The notes below the pieces were generated by a model. It had not been told where the DNA came from. It made no database searches and saw only the letters and a list, made by a program, of their open reading frames with translations. Positions 32,641 through 45,499 of a DNA stretch of 64,000 nucleotides are shown piece by piece (positions within the stretch are counted from its first letter, which is position 1; each line of letters starts with the position of its first letter). Position numbers and translations under genes: made by a program. The stretch is from Felis catus (lineage: Eukaryota). The stretch covers positions 9,736,001 to 9,800,000 of the forward strand of contig NC_058369.1 in the NCBI RefSeq assembly GCF_018350175.1. Direction: 5' to 3'.

Positions 32641-33460
32641 TAATTGGACAGCAGCAACACACAGCACAGACCCTGCCCCGAGCTGAAGTATGCCCCTATC
32701 CCTGGGTGAAAGGGTACCCTGGGCCAGCCCTGACAGCCTAGGGGGCTTCTCTCTGCCTGGTCGCACTCAGAGTCCATCCCATCTGATACTGGACAGTCTC
32801 AGGTCTTGTAGTAGCAGGTGCGCTGCAGGGCCACCGGCGGACTCAACAGGCCCGTCTGTGTCCTTTCTGGGCCCACAAGGGACCTTGCTCCCTGCTCCAC
32901 GTGCCCGGAGAGTGTCACAGCTCTCCCCACACCCCCAAAGTTAGGACGCCGCAGGGTTCAGGGAGAAGAGGCCAGGCACACTCAGGTCAGGCCAGCCTGG
33001 TTCCGGAAGCCGGAGTTGGCATTTAACGGTCTGGGGGCCCAGGGCAGCTTCCTCTTGAGTAACTGGCTGCTGGGAAGGTACAGGCCTGGCCCACGTCCCA
33101 CCAGGCCTGGGAGAGAAAAGGCCAAGGCTCCAGGCTGGGAGGGTTACTGGGAGGGGATAGGGACCCAGATGGCTTCCCTTTCTAGTGGGAGGGCCACCCA
33201 CCCACCTGCCCATTCTCCCTAGGAGTTCTGTCCAGCCTCAGCCGGAAGTAGGACTGTGCAGAGGGCAGGACCCCCACGTACAGAGTTGGGGGAGGGCTCC
33301 TACAGCAGACAGCTGGGTCCACCCACCCCATTCCAGGCGATATTGCCCCTCCCCCAAGTCCCTCCGCCCAACCCAGGTCTGGGTCTGGGTCCTCAGCTTG
33401 TCCCCTAGGAATCAGCCCACCCGAGGAAGGCAGGCTGCACAGGCTTCGAGGGGGCTCGAC

Positions 33461-33533
33461 TCCTGTTCCTGCTGAACTGAGCCAGTCTGCACAAATCAAC
33501 TGTGTTTCAGCTCAGTAGGCACGGGAGGCAGAG
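33461..33533 (-). ncRNA. MIR24-2: pre-miR-24-2
   Basis: Exact reverse complement of miR-24-3p UGGCUCAGUUCAGCAGGAACAG at 33463-33484; 5p arm at 33500-33521. Confidence 0.97.
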
Positions 33534-33590
33534 CCCAGGGAGGCCCGGACAGTGGGACAGGCAGGCGGCAGGGCCAGAGGAGGCGGGGTC

Positions 33591-33668
33591 CCGGGGGGCG
33601 GAACTTAGCCACTGTGAACACGACTTGGTGTGGACTCTGCTCACAAGCAGCTAAGCCCTGCTCCCCAG
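33591..33668 (-). ncRNA. MIR27A: pre-miR-27a
   Basis: miR-27a-3p UUCACAGUGGCUAAGUUCCGC at 33598-33618; 5p arm at 33638-33659. Confidence 0.97.
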
Positions 33669-33784
33669 GCCAGACGCAGGCAGCAGGGGGCGGGGGGCCT
33701 CTCGGCCTCCCATCCCCGGCCCTATCCCCGGGCAGCGTCCTCAGCAGCGAAGGCGGTGGCGGCAGCCCCAGAGGCAGGGCTCAG

Positions 33785-33857
33785 GGTCGGTTGGAAATCC
33801 CTGGCAATGTGATTTGTGACAGGCAGCAAATCCCATCCCCAGGAACCCCAGCCGGCC
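33785..33857 (-). ncRNA. MIR23A: pre-miR-23a
   Basis: miR-23a-3p AUCACAUUGCCAGGGAUUUCC at 33793-33813; 5p arm at 33828-33849. Confidence 0.97.
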
Positions 33858-33949
33858 ATGGCACAGGGGTTGGGGGGCACCGGGTGGGACCGGAGGTTGG
33901 CACCTGAGGGGGGGGGGGAGAGAGCAAAGGAGGTAAATGAGATTTGAAG

Positions 33950-34330
33950 ACATCTGTGCTCCACGTCCCCGCTGACGCCTGGTAGGGAAGCCCTCTCCCC
34001 ACACACGGCGGCGGCTGAAGGGAATGCTGGACCACCAGGCCGGACGCCCCCACTGCAGCCACACGCTCAGGCCCAGGCCCGGAGAGGTAGAGATGCTCCA
34101 AGGATCCCTCTGAGCTAAGAGGGCTGCAGGGACTTCCAGAGCCAGGTTCCCCCCCTTTTCCCGCCCCCCCCCCAGTAAGCCCCGGGCAGGCTAAACGGGG
34201 CCATGAGGAGAGGAAGTCGATGGGGTGGCGGGCAGGCGGGTGAGGAAGTGATCTCACCCCAGCTGGCGCCACTTCCTAGAAGCCTGAAGGGCAGGAGGAA
34301 ACCACCAGGGCCTCTCCCCCCTCCCGTGGC
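33950..34330 (-). promoter_or_regulatory. Proximal promoter region of the miR-23a cluster
   Basis: GC-rich with three GGAAGT/ACTTCC ETS motifs (~34212, 34243, 34271). A proximal Pol II promoter is established for the human cluster. Confidence 0.5.
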
Positions 34331-34583
34331 CCCGTCTCCTCAGTGGCCAAGCCTTAGCCTGCACCCCATCAGAGCGGATGCCGACAGCGGGTACCCAGCT
34401 CTTCCCGTGGGCACACACATCCCCAGAGCACCGGACGCAGGCCCAAGGTGCAAATCTCCACTCTGCAGTTTCCCAAATGCCCTCCAAGCCTCAGTTTCCC
34501 CATCTGTAAAACAGCCCAGGGCCTCAACCGCACAGCACAGGGAGGTTTCACCAAGAGCGTATGTCATTCACAAGCACCCAGCA

Positions 34584-34760
34584 CCAGGACCGCCTTACAC
34601 GATTGTCAGTGCTCAGTGCAAAATGAAATTGCGGGGTCCCTTCTTCACAACTTGCGAATTTCAAGACGCTGACAGAAGAGCATTAACCCAAGCTCAGGTC
34701 CTTCCGAGCAGGGGAGACCCTGTGAACTGCATGATCACAAGTCCATGACGCCAGCCTGCG
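34584..34760. mobile_element. MER45A-like hAT-Tip100 element
   Basis: cagtgcaaaatgaaa.tgcgggg...gaatttcaagacg.tgacag.agagcattaa.ccaag. Confidence 0.7.
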
Positions 34761-35150
34761 TGTCGTAAACGGAGCTCTCCTTAATGATAAGAGCCCTCTG
34801 GCCAGGAGACCCCAACTCCGGAGCCAGTTTGGGCAGCTCTGAACCCTGGTTCTGTAGCATCCTAGCTGGGTGACTCCTAGAGAGCCACTCAACCCCTCTG
34901 GGCCTCCCTTTCCCCATCCACAAAGCAGAGATCATGCCGTGGTAAGATCTCACAAGTGGTACATGTAATTAGAATGGGGCCATGCTGTCATCATCAGGCA
35001 GAAACAGAAAAGACGGTGGCAGTGAAGATTCCAAACACTGGTGGGACCCTGGCACCCACATATGGTGGCGCCCGTCACTGGGAGACAGGTGTTAAGAGAT
35101 GTCCTGCTCTGTTCCCCGACCCCTCGCATACATACAGGCGCGCGCGGGGG

Positions 35151-35156
<6 letters not shown>

Positions 35157-35194
<38 letters not shown>
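35157..35194 (+). repeat. (CA)19 microsatellite
   Basis: Perfect CA run preceded by tgcgcg. Confidence 0.95.
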
Positions 35195-35196
<2 letters not shown>

Positions 35197-38100
35197 GGCC
35201 ACCGGCTTTCCCATCAGGCCCCAGCCCTGTCCCCTCAGGGTCTGGGGGCACCAACCGGGAGCAGACAAGGCCCTGCAGGGCGGCCGGCCTCCCTGGGCCG
35301 CCTCCGGAAGTGAGACAGCACATTCGTGTCCCAGGGACGAGAACGGGAAGGGCGGCCATTTGGCCAGGCCCGTTTCCTGTGGGGTTTCCCCTGCACAGAG
35401 CCCCAGGCCGGGGCCAAGGCCACTCCCCATCCCCAAAGGCACAAAAGGCCTGGGTCTCTCACGGATGGGGCGCTGCCGTGCAGGTGCCCAGGAGCCGGGA
35501 CCCCTGTTACCAAAGGTGTGCCTCTCAGGCTCATGGGAGATGGGTGTCCAGGGAGGGCCAAGTCCTTGGCAGCTGGAGGCGTGGGGGGAAGATGGGCCCC
35601 TGGGCCGGAGGAGCAGAGCAGGCCCCAAGCCACACGGATGTATGTATGTATGCCTGAGTACAGGGCGTGGAGGCACGAGACACAAGCAGGCAGGCTTACT
35701 GTCACCACCCCCCAACCCCATGCTCCAAGAATGAATCAGGGGCAGCTTCCGCCGGGGGCGCCACCACCACCGCCCCCAAGCCTGGTCCCCAAATACTTTC
35801 CACCCTCTCGGAGCAGCTGGGATCGGAAAATACCAAGGGCTGCAGGCCCCGCCCTGCCCGCCACCGCCCGCCCTCCCAGCCTGTCACTAACGCTTTGCCT
35901 AATGGGCCTAGACTCTCCGCAGAGGCTCCCTGGGCCGGGCCCAGAGCCAGCCGCCAACCTGGGCTGCTCGGCCAAGTGCCGCCTGACCACCAGCCCCCCA
36001 TCCGTTACCCTGATCCCAACACAGCAACCGTAACAACCATCCCGATGGGCGACGCTCAGAGGCTGGCACCTGGGTGGAGGCAGGCAGGACAGTGGCAAGT
36101 GGGTGGGCCCCCACTGCCCACCCAGGGCCGGGGGGAGGGGGCAGGCCCAGGAAGGGGTGAGTAAGTGAGGACTGAATCACTTGTTATAAATAGGGGAACC
36201 GTGCAAGTCACATCCCAGCCCCCACTGTGCCCAGCCACACCACACCACACTCCAACCCCTGCCTTAAACTTCAGTCCCCCTAGGATCAGTCACGGAATTC
36301 CCAGGGCCCCCCCCCCCCAACATCCACACCGAGAGCCCTTAACTGAGGGGCACACCCTATTGCCATGTTCACCTCTTGCCTTGTCCCCATACGTCCCCAT
36401 CGTAGCCCTGGCCTGACTTTTGCAGGGGGGCCACCAGCCTCGAGGCGAATCACGGGCTTCTGGGCCTTGTCCTCCTTCCTCAGCACCCCCAGAACTCCCA
36501 GGCCCAAGGCTGAGGGGTCCCCAGGATCCTCAAGGCATTCTAAGGGCGTGGGTGACCACAGTCCTGGATGGTGATGCCAGACCCAGGCCAGGGGAAGGCC
36601 AAAGGTCTTCAAGTCTCAGAAGTCAGCTTCCTGGCCGCTCACCACCCAGGCCCCCCATCCCAGACCACCCAGGCCTGCTCTGCCCAGGGCCACAGCTCAG
36701 TGACCACACCCAGGGTGGCGCCAGCTCCAGCACCCTGGGGCAAGGCGCTGCTGGAGCATGACTCAGCCGTGCCCAGCATGGCGGCGTCCTTCTCTGCCCA
36801 AGGATTCCCACACGCCTACGCCCGCTGCCCTCCGTGTACGACCTCTCCAGGTGACCAGCCTTTTCCAACGCATCTCCTTGTCCACCCAGGACACCTGACG
36901 GCAGGAGGGAAGGTGGCCAGGGTGCCCCAAAAGGGATCTGAAGGCGAGCGCCCGCGACAAGGAGGGGAAATGCACTCTCTTCCGCTTGTTTTCTGGTGCT
37001 CCCCATTTACAGACGGAGAAACCGAGGCCCAGAGGAATTCAGGGCCGGGCCCAAGGTCATGCAGCCAATCTAAAGGAAAGCCAGGTCTGCTCCTGGCAGA
37101 AAGCGTATCCAGAGTGGAAAGGGGCTGGCCAGACAGCCCAGCGAGGGGCAGGAAGGTGTCTTTTTGCGACCACCCAGGGCTCCCGGCAGTATTCTTCACC
37201 GAAAACAGAGCCCCTCCGCTCAGCTTCCCAAGGTGAAGGGCACACTCTGAAGAAAATGCTTTAAGGTATATCCAAGTGCCACCTGGGCCCATAGGAAGCA
37301 GGTCACCCCACTTACACCCACCCGGACCATGATGCCAGTTACCCTGGGACTGCAGTAGCGACAGGGGCTGCTCAGCAGCTGCGGCCAGCGCAGAACATCT
37401 GGCCTCCACTTACAACAGGCAGAGGTTGGTACGGGGGCCCTGGGAGGACCCCCGGAGCATCCGCCTCCGAGATTTCTCTCCAGTGAGCAAGGGTCTGCAG
37501 AGACTTGGAGGCCGGGCTAGCACAGACAGGCCCGACCCCCCTGGACACGCCCTGTCACGCATGTGCTCCGCGTGCCAGCCCTGGGCTAGGCCGGCAGCTA
37601 TTTTAGGGCCCCCTCTGGGCCCACAGACGAGGCCTGCCAGTTGGGGTCTCGAAGGAGCTCCCAGAGGACATCCTGCAAGGGCAGAGGGCAACGGGTGCCC
37701 TTCTGGGAGCTAGGACGGAGCTGGCACCAGGCCCCAGGGCCCGTGCCTTCCCAGGACGTGCCTTCCCGGGACTGCGGCGTGTGAACACATGCGCAGGGGC
37801 CGGCCCGGGCAGGGTGCGTGGGCGAGCGGACAGGGTGTGTCCCACATCACCTCCCCTCTAAGCCGGGGCACCTGTCGGGTACTGCCCTCCAGCTCTGGCG
37901 GGCATGGGAAGAGCTGCCAGAGGACAGGCTTCATGCCAGGGGTCCCACACCGCCCCCCAGCTTTAACCTCACACGGCACCCGTCATCATGAGCGAGCAGC
38001 TGGTTAGGGCTGGGGCAGGAACGGGGCAGGTGACAAGAGAGCCAACTGCACCTTCAAGGCATTCGGGAGGCCACTGGGTCTGGCTGGGCCTGGCTGGGCT

Positions 38101-38699
38101 GAATAGGCAAGTCAGTGTAGGGCTGGGGGCTCTGGTGGCAGTCAAGTCCAGTGCTGGGGTCAGAGGTCAGTGTGGGGCTAGAATACAAGGTTCAGGTTTT
38201 AGTCAGGGGCCTGCAGCCCAAGGGCATGAGGACTGCGGGCCGCTCGCCGGGCACGGGACTGGGGAGTCATCCCTCCAGGAATCTCCCACACCTGGCCCCC
38301 TTCCTAAGCAACCTTGAATGAGCTCCTCTCTCCTGGACCCGGAGGAGCCAAGAGGGAGGGGAGGGGTGCCCCAATCTCCACCAAGCTGGGGCTACACCTT
38401 GGGGCCCCCAAGCCCATCTGCTCAATGGAAGGCCTTCCCTCCACTCCTTGGCCGACATGTCAAGAACTTGAACCACCGTGTCACCCGCCATCCACGGAAC
38501 TCTGGGAGACCCCCACCCACCCACTCCTCCAGCCCCATCCCCACCAAAGCCCTGAGAGGCACCCTAGGAGCCCAGGTACCCGTGTGTATCCATCCCTCCC
38601 CACCCCAGCCCGGGCATATGCCCTCCCCCTTCCCACCCTGCCGCTGACTCCCGGCCCACCTGGACCTGCCCCCGTGACTATGGGACCCGCCCTCCCCAC

Positions 38700-39300
38700 C
38701 ACGCTCTCAAGGGTCTCCGGTGGGGGGAGTGGCCAGGGGTCTCCTGGGGAGGGGGTAAATGTTGGGCTGCCCTTCCCCCGCTCCGTAGGGGGCGCCCCGG
38801 GACTCTGCCGCCACCGCCGCCGCCAGATGCACGATCCCCGCTGCACACCCCCCCACACACACACAGAGCCACCGGCGGCGGGGCGGCGCCCTCCCCCTCT
38901 CCAAGCGCTGGGGACCCGCCGGGCGCACCCCCCCACTCCGCCCACGAGTCCGGCGCAGAAAAGTTGCCGCCGTCGCCGCGGCGCCGCCGCCTCCCTCCCG
39001 GTTCCCTCCCCGACTCACCCGCGGGGGAGGGGAGCCGGCACTCGGGGCTCCGGCCGCCGCCCCGGGCCCGGCGGCAGAGACGCGGGCGGGCGGCGGACCC
39101 GAGACGGGCCGGGGTCGGTCGCGGGCCCGGCTCCATCCCACTCACTGGCCGGCCCGCCGCGGGGCCGAATCGCTTTTAAAACCTTCCCGTCTCCTCCCCC
39201 CGGGCCGGACAGGGGGCGGGCGCGGGGCGGGGCGGGCGCCGCCGTCATGTGCCCCCGGAGCCGGTCCGCCCCCACTTTCTCTCTCTGGTCCCCCAACTCA
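38700..39300 (-). promoter_or_regulatory. CpG island; candidate distal host-gene promoter
   Basis: GC boxes at 39210-39237, TTTTAAAA at 39174-39181, minus-strand donor CGG|GTGAGT at 39018. Confidence 0.65.
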
Positions 39301-41289
39301 GCCCCAACTTTCTCCCTTCTTGTCCCGACTCCACCTGGGCCCCCAAACCCAGCCCAGCTTCCCCCCTCCGGGTCCTGGACTCGAGAAGCAGCCCCAGATT
39401 TTAAGCTTAGGCTCTCCCTGCGGGAGGAAGGACAGAAGCAGGGGTCCTAATGCCCCTCGCACCCCCAAACCCCTCTTGGCAAAGTCCTGCCCCTGCGCAG
39501 GAAGAGAAACGCTGGAGGCCGTGGGCAGGGGCAGGGGAGATGGGGAAGGGGGGGGGGGGAGAAATGGCGCCAGACGGAGGACATACTTCTGCCGTGTATG
39601 TACCCTTCCTTGGGAGGCACGGGCCTGGGCGTCTGGGCTCCTGCCAAACACCAATCCCCACTTCCTCCAGTCCCTCAGTGCCTTCTCCAGCCCCAGGAAG
39701 TCCCTCCTTTTATCCCATCCAACCCTCTCCTGCTGCCATGGAAGCCTCCGACCCCAGTCCAGGTGGTCCCTGGATCAAGGTTGCCTCCCGGCTCTGGCTT
39801 CCCAGCATCCCCATCCCCCACCCACCCAGGGGCTCTGGGAAACTCCCCAGCTACTGGAGTCTCCCTGGGATAGAGTCCCTCCCTGGATCCCTCCCTCCTT
39901 CCCTGCCTGCGTCTGTCCCACCACATCCTCCACCGGCCTCCCCTCCACCGGGAGAAACACGGAGGCATTGTTCCCCAGGACGGGGCCCTGCCTTGGGGCC
40001 TGGCCTTGTGCCCAGGTGGGGGGCCAGGAACAAAACTAACCAAAGGAGGGGCGGGGTGCCCTCTACCGCCAAGACAGCCTCCTTGGGCATGCCTAACTGC
40101 CACTTCACCCTCTCCAAGATGGGACAGGGGCCGATGGCGCCGGATCGCCACCACGGCCACCCCTATGGTGCCATGGCGCGAGGGGTTCTGGAGCCAGAGG
40201 ACCCTCCTCTGGCTGTGTGTCTGTGGACACACACACACACAGACCTGTGTGGGCATTGCTTTGGGGGCCGTTTTTCTCCCCCCACTCCCAACATTTCCCA
40301 AGTCGTATAATTGGGGGTGGGGGGGTCAGATTGTTCACCACCCAACTCCTGGGAAGTAAGGGTAACGCTGGGGAGTGGGGACCCAGCAGCAGGCCCAGGC
40401 AGGGGACCGTAGGGGCTGCTTGGATGCCTCTGGGTCACCTCGTACCCCAGAATTCCTCCTGAGTTCTCCATTTCCTCAGTTCAGCTCGGCCAGCTCCCAC
40501 CTTGGATCTTAGTGGGAATTGGAAGAAGCCGGTGGAAGCCACACCTAGTTCCCATCCCATGGGACCCAGCCTGGGGGGTTCCTGGGTCTTTCTTCTCTGT
40601 GGGGCCCAAGGGGCAGGCTGGCCCAAGCTGCAGGATCTGGCAGGTTGGGGCAGGAGGGGGCAGAGCAGCCTGTGGGGCCCTGGGGGAAGATTTGGGGTGG
40701 CACAGAATTCCCCGACTCGGGGTGGGGCCCAGAGAGGGGTGGGGTACTTGCCACATGGCCTCCTGAGCAGCTAAGCGCAGGGGAATGGAGTTCTCAGAAT
40801 CCAGGGTCTCCCTGTGGAGACACACACACAGGCTTGTCATTTCAGAAACAGACCAAATAGAAAGTGACCAAATTACAACCCCCCCCCCCACGCTGTGCCT
40901 CCAGAATGCTTCCTTCGGACCCCAGAACAAGCCTCCCATCCAGAACCATCCCTCACCTGGCATTAGTCCAGTTGGGCACACATTTAGCAGAAATGCTTCC
41001 TCCATGCTGTCCTCCAGGGATATCTGTGCCAAGGCCCTTTATAACCCCAGACGACCCAGCTCACTAAGCTTGGAGGGACCTCAGGTGCCACCAGCTCTCC
41101 CTCTGGATCCCCCAGTGCTTGCCCCGTACGCCCTGGTCCTGAGTTGGCCAGTTTACCCAGGGACAGCAGCCAACAGGGATAGGAGTTCTCCAAACTAGCC
41201 AACAGATCCTTTGTCACGACAGGGAGGGATAGGGGGACAGGGCCAGGGTGAGGCCAGCTTAAGTGGTCAAGTGGCATAGGGATCACACA

Positions 41290-41720
41290 CACGCCCGTCT
41301 GTTCGTTCTTCAAACATTCGCTGAGTGCCTGCTGTGTGCCAGGCACTGTTCTGGGCACCGGAGACCACAGCAGAGAACAAGCCAGAAAAAAAGCTTTGCC
41401 CTCACGGGACTGACATCTGTAGGGAACACACACACACACACACAACAGATAGGTATAAAGATATATTGTGTGTTGGGTGATCCACGCTAAGGGAAAATAG
41501 AAGGGGGCTGAGGAGGCGGGGGCCAGGTCAGGAAAGGCTGCATGAAGACCAGGTGACACTTGAACAAAGACTTCTAGGAGGTGAAGGAGGAGCCGTCCAG
41601 ACATCTGGAGGAGAAGTTCAAGGTGGAGGGAACAGCCAGTGCAAAGGTCCCGAGGCAGAAACATGCCTGGGGTATTTGAGAAACAATGAGGAGAACAGTG
41701 TGATGGACGGACGAGGGGAG
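41290..41720 (-). mobile_element. L2 fragment
   Basis: tgagtgcctgctgtgtgccaggcactgttctggg and aacagccagtgcaaaggtcccgagg motifs. Confidence 0.7.
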
Positions 41721-42699
41721 CAGGGTGGAAGAACTGAATTTCACATCTTTGCTCCCCAACTTTCTGGCTGAATATCGTTGGCCAAGTGATCACACCTCTC
41801 TGAACCTCAGTTTCCTTATATTGAAAACGTGCAGTCTGCAGTTACGCCAAGGCTCTGAGATGAGATGAGGAATGTCCCGGCCCAGGGCCCAGGATGGGGT
41901 AAAAGTTGGATAAGCGAGTGCCCGGAGGTACACCAGGTACATGCAGTCCTGTGGGCCCGGGACGGGGGGGTGCTGGTCAAGAGACCCTGACAGACCCAGC
42001 CGCCCCATAGGTCACCCCAGCTCACACGCACGGCTGCCTGCCGGGCCCCATGGCAACGCTGCACACAGAGACATCAAACAGGCCCTGCCGAGGAAGTCCC
42101 ACGTCACTGTGGTTAGGGTGGCTCCTCCCAGCCCAGCCCCCCTGGCGCGCGTGTGCTCCTCCGTGCCAGTCAGGGCCCCTGCCTCCCATCGCCCTAGTGA
42201 CGGGCTGTGTTGTGGACGGAGCAGGGATCCCACCACCTGCCCCCTCCCTAGCCAGTTCCAGCCATTCCCCACATCCGGGGAACGACGTTACGAGGTGGCC
42301 CCAGTTCACTGCCACGAACCCTTCCATTGAGCCACCCTCGGCCCGGGTGACAGCATCAGGGAAGCCCTTGCCTACCCACCTACGGCTGAGAGAAGCTGAG
42401 GCCCCAGGGATCTGTGGGGACCCCCACCCCCTCCCCCCCAGCCTGGCGCCTGAAATCCCTAGGGCAGCGTCTGGGTGTTGCTCAGGGGCACTGGAGGGGT
42501 GAGTCAGACAGGAATAGCCCCCAGGCCTGGCCCAGCCCCCACCCGAGGACTGACTCACCACCCACCCAGCACCGGATGACATCAGGGCCTGGCCTGCCAC
42601 CCTCACCTGGCACCGCGCCAGAATGGGGGCGCCCGAGAGGTGTCACATCTGGCTGCCCTCTCCCCTCAGACCGGGACCTGGCAGGCGCAGGGTTAAGGA

Positions 42700-43650
42700 G
42701 GGGCCCTCCTGGGGGTCTCCCCCCTAATCCCATCCCCCCTTTCCCGGGGATTTCGGGCCCCAGCCCCTCTGACGTCACTGGGGGTTGCTATGGCAACTGG
42801 CCGAAGTTCCCAAATAAAATTACCGCGGGCGGGTTAAGTTTCCTAGGAGGCAGCCGACGGGTAAACAATGGAGGTGGCAGGCGGGGCCGATGAGGGGCCG
42901 TCTCCCCCCCCCACTCTGCTGGGACTCGGGGGGTCCCCACGTCGGGGAGCAGCGTCCCCCCTCCCGCCCGGGACCCGAGAGCCTGTGAGCACCGAAGGCA
43001 CCGGCGCACAGATGGGGGACAGCAAGGCCACCATCGAGATGAGCGGGGCGCGGGGGGGGAGGGGGGTGGGGGTGAGAGGGGACCTCGGACACGAGGCTAG
43101 GGCGGCGGGGAACAAAGAGGGGACCTGAGGCCTGGGATCCGCCCCCCGCAGACCCCGCCCCCCCATCCCCCCCCCCCCCCCCCGACCCCGGCCGGCCGCC
43201 AGTCCAGCTGTGGCTGCTCCCAGCTGCCTGGCTCCCCACATCTGGCGGGCCGCGCGCTCACTTCCTGTCGCCCCGGCTGCCTGGAGGGAGGTAAAAATAA
43301 CCCTCCCCCTCCCCCTGCCGGCGGGCGCAGACGGCGGATCCTCCCGGCCTGGAGGAGGGCGAGGCCGAGCCGCAGCCGGGGAGCGGAGCCCCCCTGAGGC
43401 CGCCTCCCGCCCCTCCCACTGCCTCGGTGTCCTGGGAGGAGGGGCGCCGGCGGGTGGCACGGATCCCGGGCTGCGGGACGGGGCTGAGGATCCTGTTGCC
43501 ACCAGAAACCAGGGGAACCTTCGTGTCCCAGCCCCATCCCCCCCGCCCGTGGAGGAGGGGGGTGTGCCAGCTCCAACGCGCTGGTGGACTGCGACCAACG
43601 TGCCCGGGTTCCAGTCGGGGGGCACTCGCTCACTGTCTAGGCAAGTTACC
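42700..43650. promoter_or_regulatory. CpG island with CRE, RFX X-box and FOX/SOX motifs
   Basis: TGACGTCA at 42770-42777, GTTGCTATGGCAAC at 42784-42797, GTAAACAATG at 42861-42870. Confidence 0.65.
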
Positions 43651-43825
43651 GAAAGCTCTCTGAGCCTCCGTTTCCCTATCTGTAAAATGGGATAACAGTG
43701 CTCACCTCAAGGTGCGTTTGCTCAGTACTGTTAGCTATTATCTTTTCGCCATCCCTGGGGAGGAGGGGGGCTAGGGGGCTTGAGACCTTCAAGTACTCCT
43801 GCCAGATAAAACATAGGACACCCTT

Positions 43826-44054
43826 GGGGCGCCTGGGTGGCGCAGTCGGTTGAGCGTCCGACTTCAGCCAGGTCACGATCTCGCGGTCCGTGAGTTCGAG
43901 CCCCGCATCGGGCTCTGGGCTGATGGCTGGGAGCCTGGAGCCTGTTTCTGATTCTGTGTCTCCCTCTCTCTCTGCCCCTCCCCCGTTCATGCTCTGTCTG
44001 TCTCTGTCCCAAAAAATAAACGTTGAAAAAAAAATTAAAAAAAAAAAAAAAAAA
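43826..44054 (+). mobile_element. Young SINEC_Fc inserted in a MER53-like element (~43797-44238)
   Basis: Near-consensus SINE; TSD aaaacaYaggacaccc; flanks match palindromic MER53 (gccagataaaa... / ...tgctaaatctggc). Confidence 0.9.
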
Positions 44055-44669
44055 CACAGGACACCCCGTTGAAGCTGATTTTCAGAGAAACAAGGAATCA
44101 CTTTGTAGCGTAAGTTATGTCCCCGGCAATATTGGGGGACGTTATTATACTTAAAAAAATTTTTTTTTACTTGTTCTGTATCCGAAAATCAAATTTAACT
44201 GCGTCTCCTGTATTTTTATTTGCTAAATCTGGCAGCCATCATCTCTGGCCCGAAAAACATGCCAACAGACACCTCCCTGGCCTCCTTGCTCCTGGCCTTA
44301 CCCCTTCCACCCCTTCTCCGGAGGCAATCTAATCACATCTTCCCTCCTCCCTCTACCATTCACTCTGCAAAAATTCCCATCCCCCCTTTCCCAGGGGGAT
44401 GGGATTAGGGGGGAGACCCTACCATTCTTCCAGGGTCTCCCACCTCTTCTGACCACAGGCCCTGCTTGTCAGATCCCCACTTCTCCCCAGCCTTTCACAC
44501 TCACCTGCCCGCTCGCTTGCAAAGCATCCTTCAGATCCTAGGGCATTACTCTTCCAGGAAGGCTTCCTTCCCTCCCACCGTGACCCTCTGACTTTAGACT
44601 CTCCAGGAACCCTGTACTTTTCTGCGTCCGCACTTCACCATCCCAGTGATTTATTCAATCATTTGAGTT

Positions 44670-44900
44670 AAAAAAAAAAAATCTTTTTTTTTTAATGTTT
44701 ATTTATTTTTGAGAGAGACAGACAGAGACAGAATGCGAGTGGGCTAGGGGCAGAGAGAAAGGGAGACACAGAATCCGAAGCAGGCTCCAGGCTCTGAGCT
44801 GTCAGCACAGAAGCCCACGTGGGTCTGGAACTCACCAACCGGGAGATCATGACCTGAGCCGAAGTCAGACGCTACACCGAATGAGCCATCCAGGCGCCCC
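44670..44900 (-). mobile_element. Can-SINE
   Basis: Reverse SINEC body with poly-T tail. Confidence 0.88.
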
Positions 44901-45499
44901 AGTCGGTGGTACCTATTATGGGGTCCTGGGGAGCTGGAATGAAGTGATGCCGACTCCTGGGAAACTTCTCCGTGGCCTCAACTAGCCTGGCATAGCCTCT
45001 GGAGGCCAAGGCCTTCAACTGTCTTCTCTGCAGCCCCCACCACACTCTTACGGGTCCCACCCTAACCGTGAGCTCAGACCTATGCTCCAGACTCCCCCAG
45101 ATATGACCACTGCCGCGAGGGGGAGCCCACGACACCCTGCCTGCGGTCAAGCTCGGAGTTCTGCATCCTCTGGCAAAGAAATGTGCCTGTGCCTCAGTTT
45201 CCCCATCTGTAAAATGGGCATAATACCTGTGAGCCGTCAGAGGGCTATTGTGAACATTAGTTAATATCCATAGGTACACACGTGAGTAGAGCAGCTTGGA
45301 ACACAGAATGTATTCAGTGTTAGCTCCTTTGGGGGGTGGGGGTGGGGATGGGAAGCCCAAAATCCCCTCCTCCTGATCCCCCCAACCCCAGGCAGGCACC
45401 CTAAGTCCCTCTACAAAAATGGTTTCCACTCCCTGGTCCAGCTCCTCAGGGCTCTTCTCACCCCACAGCCAGTACATCGTGCCATCCCCTGATCCTGGC

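Larger units (their letters stand above)
32620..39150 (-). ncRNA. Putative miR-23a~27a~24-2 host transcript (MIR23AHG-like); ends inferred
   Basis: Minus-strand CpG island with a TATA-like element and splice donor near 39.0-39.2 kb; minus-strand AATAAA at 32635-32640; contains the three hairpins. Confidence 0.5.

Noticed and set aside
38314..39450. 378-aa ORF
   Set aside because: Pro/Gly/Arg-rich reading across a CpG island with no recognisable domain; stop depletion is explained by GC content.
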